Of a stretch of 64,000 bases of DNA, positions 62,520-64,000 are shown in pieces. The stretch spans positions 11,356 to 75,355 of the forward strand of contig CALJER010000016.1 of NCBI GenBank assembly GCA_938074535.1. Reading direction: 5' to 3'. Within the stretch, counting starts at the first letter, position 1. Every line of letters begins with the position of its first letter. Position numbers and translations under genes: made by a program. This DNA comes from an uncultured archaeon. Its GTDB lineage: Archaea; Hadarchaeota; Hadarchaeia; Hadarchaeales; WYZ-LMO6. The notes below the pieces were generated by a model, which saw nothing but the letters and a program-made list of their open reading frames with translations, was not told the origin of the DNA and made no database searches.

Positions 62520-62719
62520 GAGCGCCTGCTGGCCAGGCGGATATCCTCGTCCCGCACGGTTCTTCTGCCCGCGTGCTCGGCCAGCTTAACGGCTTCCGAG
62601 GCCACGGAGAGGGCATATTCCTCCAGCACCTCAGCCAGCGCCTTTGCAGCATCCTCACTCACCCTCTTCGCTCCGGCCTTCCTTATCAGCCTGTCAGCCG
62701 TGGCCAAGGGAATTTCCAT
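62516..62719 (-). CDS. Archaeal histone (HMf family)
   Basis: EIPLAT.DRLIRKAGAKRVS.DA...AEHAGRRTV..EDI. Confidence 0.96.
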   Translation of the reverse strand: MEIPLATADRLIRKAGAKRVSEDAAKALAEVLEEYALSVASEAVKLAEHAGRRTVRDEDIRLASRRS

Positions 62720-62779
62720 CTTTACCCTTTATTTTAAGCTTTTTTCTCCTTATTAAGCTTCTTTTCCCTCAGAAAGGCT

Positions 62780-63634
62780 CTATTTTTGTCCTTTCGGGCG
62801 GAGAAGGAGGTCGAGAACCAGATGGTACGCTCTCACCCCGTAGGACCTCAGGAGGCGCTGGTTCAGCACTTCTACCTCCCAGCCCCTTTTCCCAGCCTCC
62901 CTCTCCAGAAAGCTGATGGAGGGGGAAAAAGGATCGGGCTCCTCCCCCACGTCGTAGAAGTGCACGATTCCCCCTCCCTCCTTCAGGGCCTCCAGGGCAG
63001 TATCCAGGAACTGCCTGGCGGCCCCGGGGAGGGGCATGAGCACCCTGTCTGCCCTTCCCCGGAGCTTGGAGGAGACCACCTCCCTCGCGTCCCCCAGCAG
63101 GGGCAGGACCCGCCCCCCCACCCTGTTTATTCTGATGTTCTCGCACATCAGCCTGAAGGCCTCGGGGTTCTTGTCCACGGAATACACCGCCTTCGCCTCA
63201 GAGTGCTTCGCTATCACGATGGAGGAGCATCCCACTCCAGCGAAAAGGTTGGTTACCTCCTCTCCCCCCCTCACCTGCCTGGCTATCCTCATCCTCTCGT
63301 ATGCCAGCCTGGGGGAAAAATACACCTTGTCCAGATCCACCTTAAACACGCACCCGCTCTCTCTGTGGAAGGTCTCCGTTCTCGGCTCTCCCGCCACCAC
63401 CTCCAGCTTCCTGGTTCTGAACTCCCCTTTCACGGGTGAGACCTGCAGGAGCACCGTCTTGAGGTGGCGGTGCACCCTCATGAGGGCCTCCCCTATTTCC
63501 TTTTTCTTGGGGAGGAGCTCCGGGGGCAGCCTGAGCACCCCTATGTCTCCCACCAGGTCGAAAGCCCTCAGCTTCGCCAGCTCCTTCTCCGTCAGAATCC
63601 CCTCTAGCTCTCTCCTCAGGCTCCCCATCCCCAT
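62780..63634 (-). CDS. trm5: Trm5/Taw2 family tRNA methyltransferase
   Basis: FDLVGDI, GEFRTR, VYFSPRL..ER, FAGVG, DKNP, RVLMPLP. Confidence 0.85.
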   Translation of the reverse strand: MGMGSLRRELEGILTEKELAKLRAFDLVGDIGVLRLPPELLPKKKEIGEALMRVHRHLKTVLLQVSPVKGEFRTRKLEVVAGEPRTETFHRESGCVFKVDLDKVYFSPRLAYERMRIARQVRGGEEVTNLFAGVGCSSIVIAKHSEAKAVYSVDKNPEAFRLMCENIRINRVGGRVLPLLGDAREVVSSKLRGRADRVLMPLPGAARQFLDTALEALKEGGGIVHFYDVGEEPDPFSPSISFLEREAGKRGWEVEVLNQRLLRSYGVRAYHLVLDLLLRPKGQK

Positions 63635-63680
63635 CTCCTGGTCTGGGAAAGCTAAATAGGGGGGAGATGGAAGGAGGGGG

Positions 63681-64000
63681 ATGGGGAGGGCGGAAAAAGC
63701 GGTCTGGGACCCCTCCCAGCTGCGCAGGATCAGGGAGCACCCGTGCTTCAGCAGGGAGGCTCTCCACCTCTTTGGCAGGGTGCACCTCCCCGTGGCTCCG
63801 AAGTGCAATCTTCAGTGTAATTACTGCTTGAGGAGGTTTGACTGCGTCAACGAATCCAGACCGGGGGTGACCAGCAGGGTGCTCACCCCCAGGCAGGCCC
63901 TTCGCAGGCTGGAGGAAGTGGTGAAAAAGCATCCCTGGATAAAAGTGGTGGCCGTGGCCGGGCCCGGGGAACCCCTCTTCAACGAGGAGACCTTCGAGAC
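63681..64000 (+). CDS. nifB: NifB-type radical SAM protein, 5' part; runs off window end
   Basis: Manual translation: ...EHPCF...GRVHLPVAPKCNLQCNYC.RRFDCVNESRPGVTS..LTP...VAVAGPGEPL.NEETFE. Confidence 0.88.
   Translation, partial: MGRAEKAVWDPSQLRRIREHPCFSREALHLFGRVHLPVAPKCNLQCNYCLRRFDCVNESRPGVTSRVLTPRQALRRLEEVVKKHPWIKVVAVAGPGEPLFNEETFE

Noticed and set aside
62734-62760. Direct repeat TTAAGCTT x2 upstream of the histone gene
   Set aside because: Most simply tandem BRE/TATA-like elements in an AT-rich promoter; too short to call an operator.

Overview
A gene-dense, GC-rich archaeal chromosomal segment. Archaeal markers are a histone, the exosome/proteasome superoperon, aIF2-beta, Rpo12, KEOPS subunits, CDC48, TATA/BRE promoters and GGAGGTGA-type ribosome-binding sites. 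The gene content suggests an anaerobic thermophile, possibly Hadarchaeota-like, but this is inference only. In order, the window holds: M42 peptidase; HDAC plus radical SAM; ferredoxin-feoB-DtxR/FeoA with a palindromic operator; two GT4 glycosyltransferases; CooC/NikR; presenilin homologue; purN-purD; ilvE; the exosome superoperon (rpl15e to pfdB-DHH); an ilv-leu-argH-argG-like-serA cluster; RNA-modification genes; an argG-C-J-B-D-F operon; nucleoside hydrolase-ribokinase; tRNA-Ile(GAT); CDC48; deoxyhypusine synthase; a histone; Trm5; and the start of a NifB-type radical SAM gene. I saw no CRISPR array, rRNA, transposase or integrase. The most notable observations are: (1) four genes that appear to start at CTG exactly 4 nt after a GGTGA Shine-Dalgarno core, and for rnz no canonical start is possible; (2) a second ArgG paralogue next to argH that has lost citrulline-ureido-binding residues; (3) a NifB homologue with no nif context in view; (4) unannotated pseudogenes (BKACE, DUF3796-like, clan GH-A hydrolase, CPxCG zinc finger); (5) an eL15 truncated at both ends and a ubiquitin-like protein lacking the GG motif.
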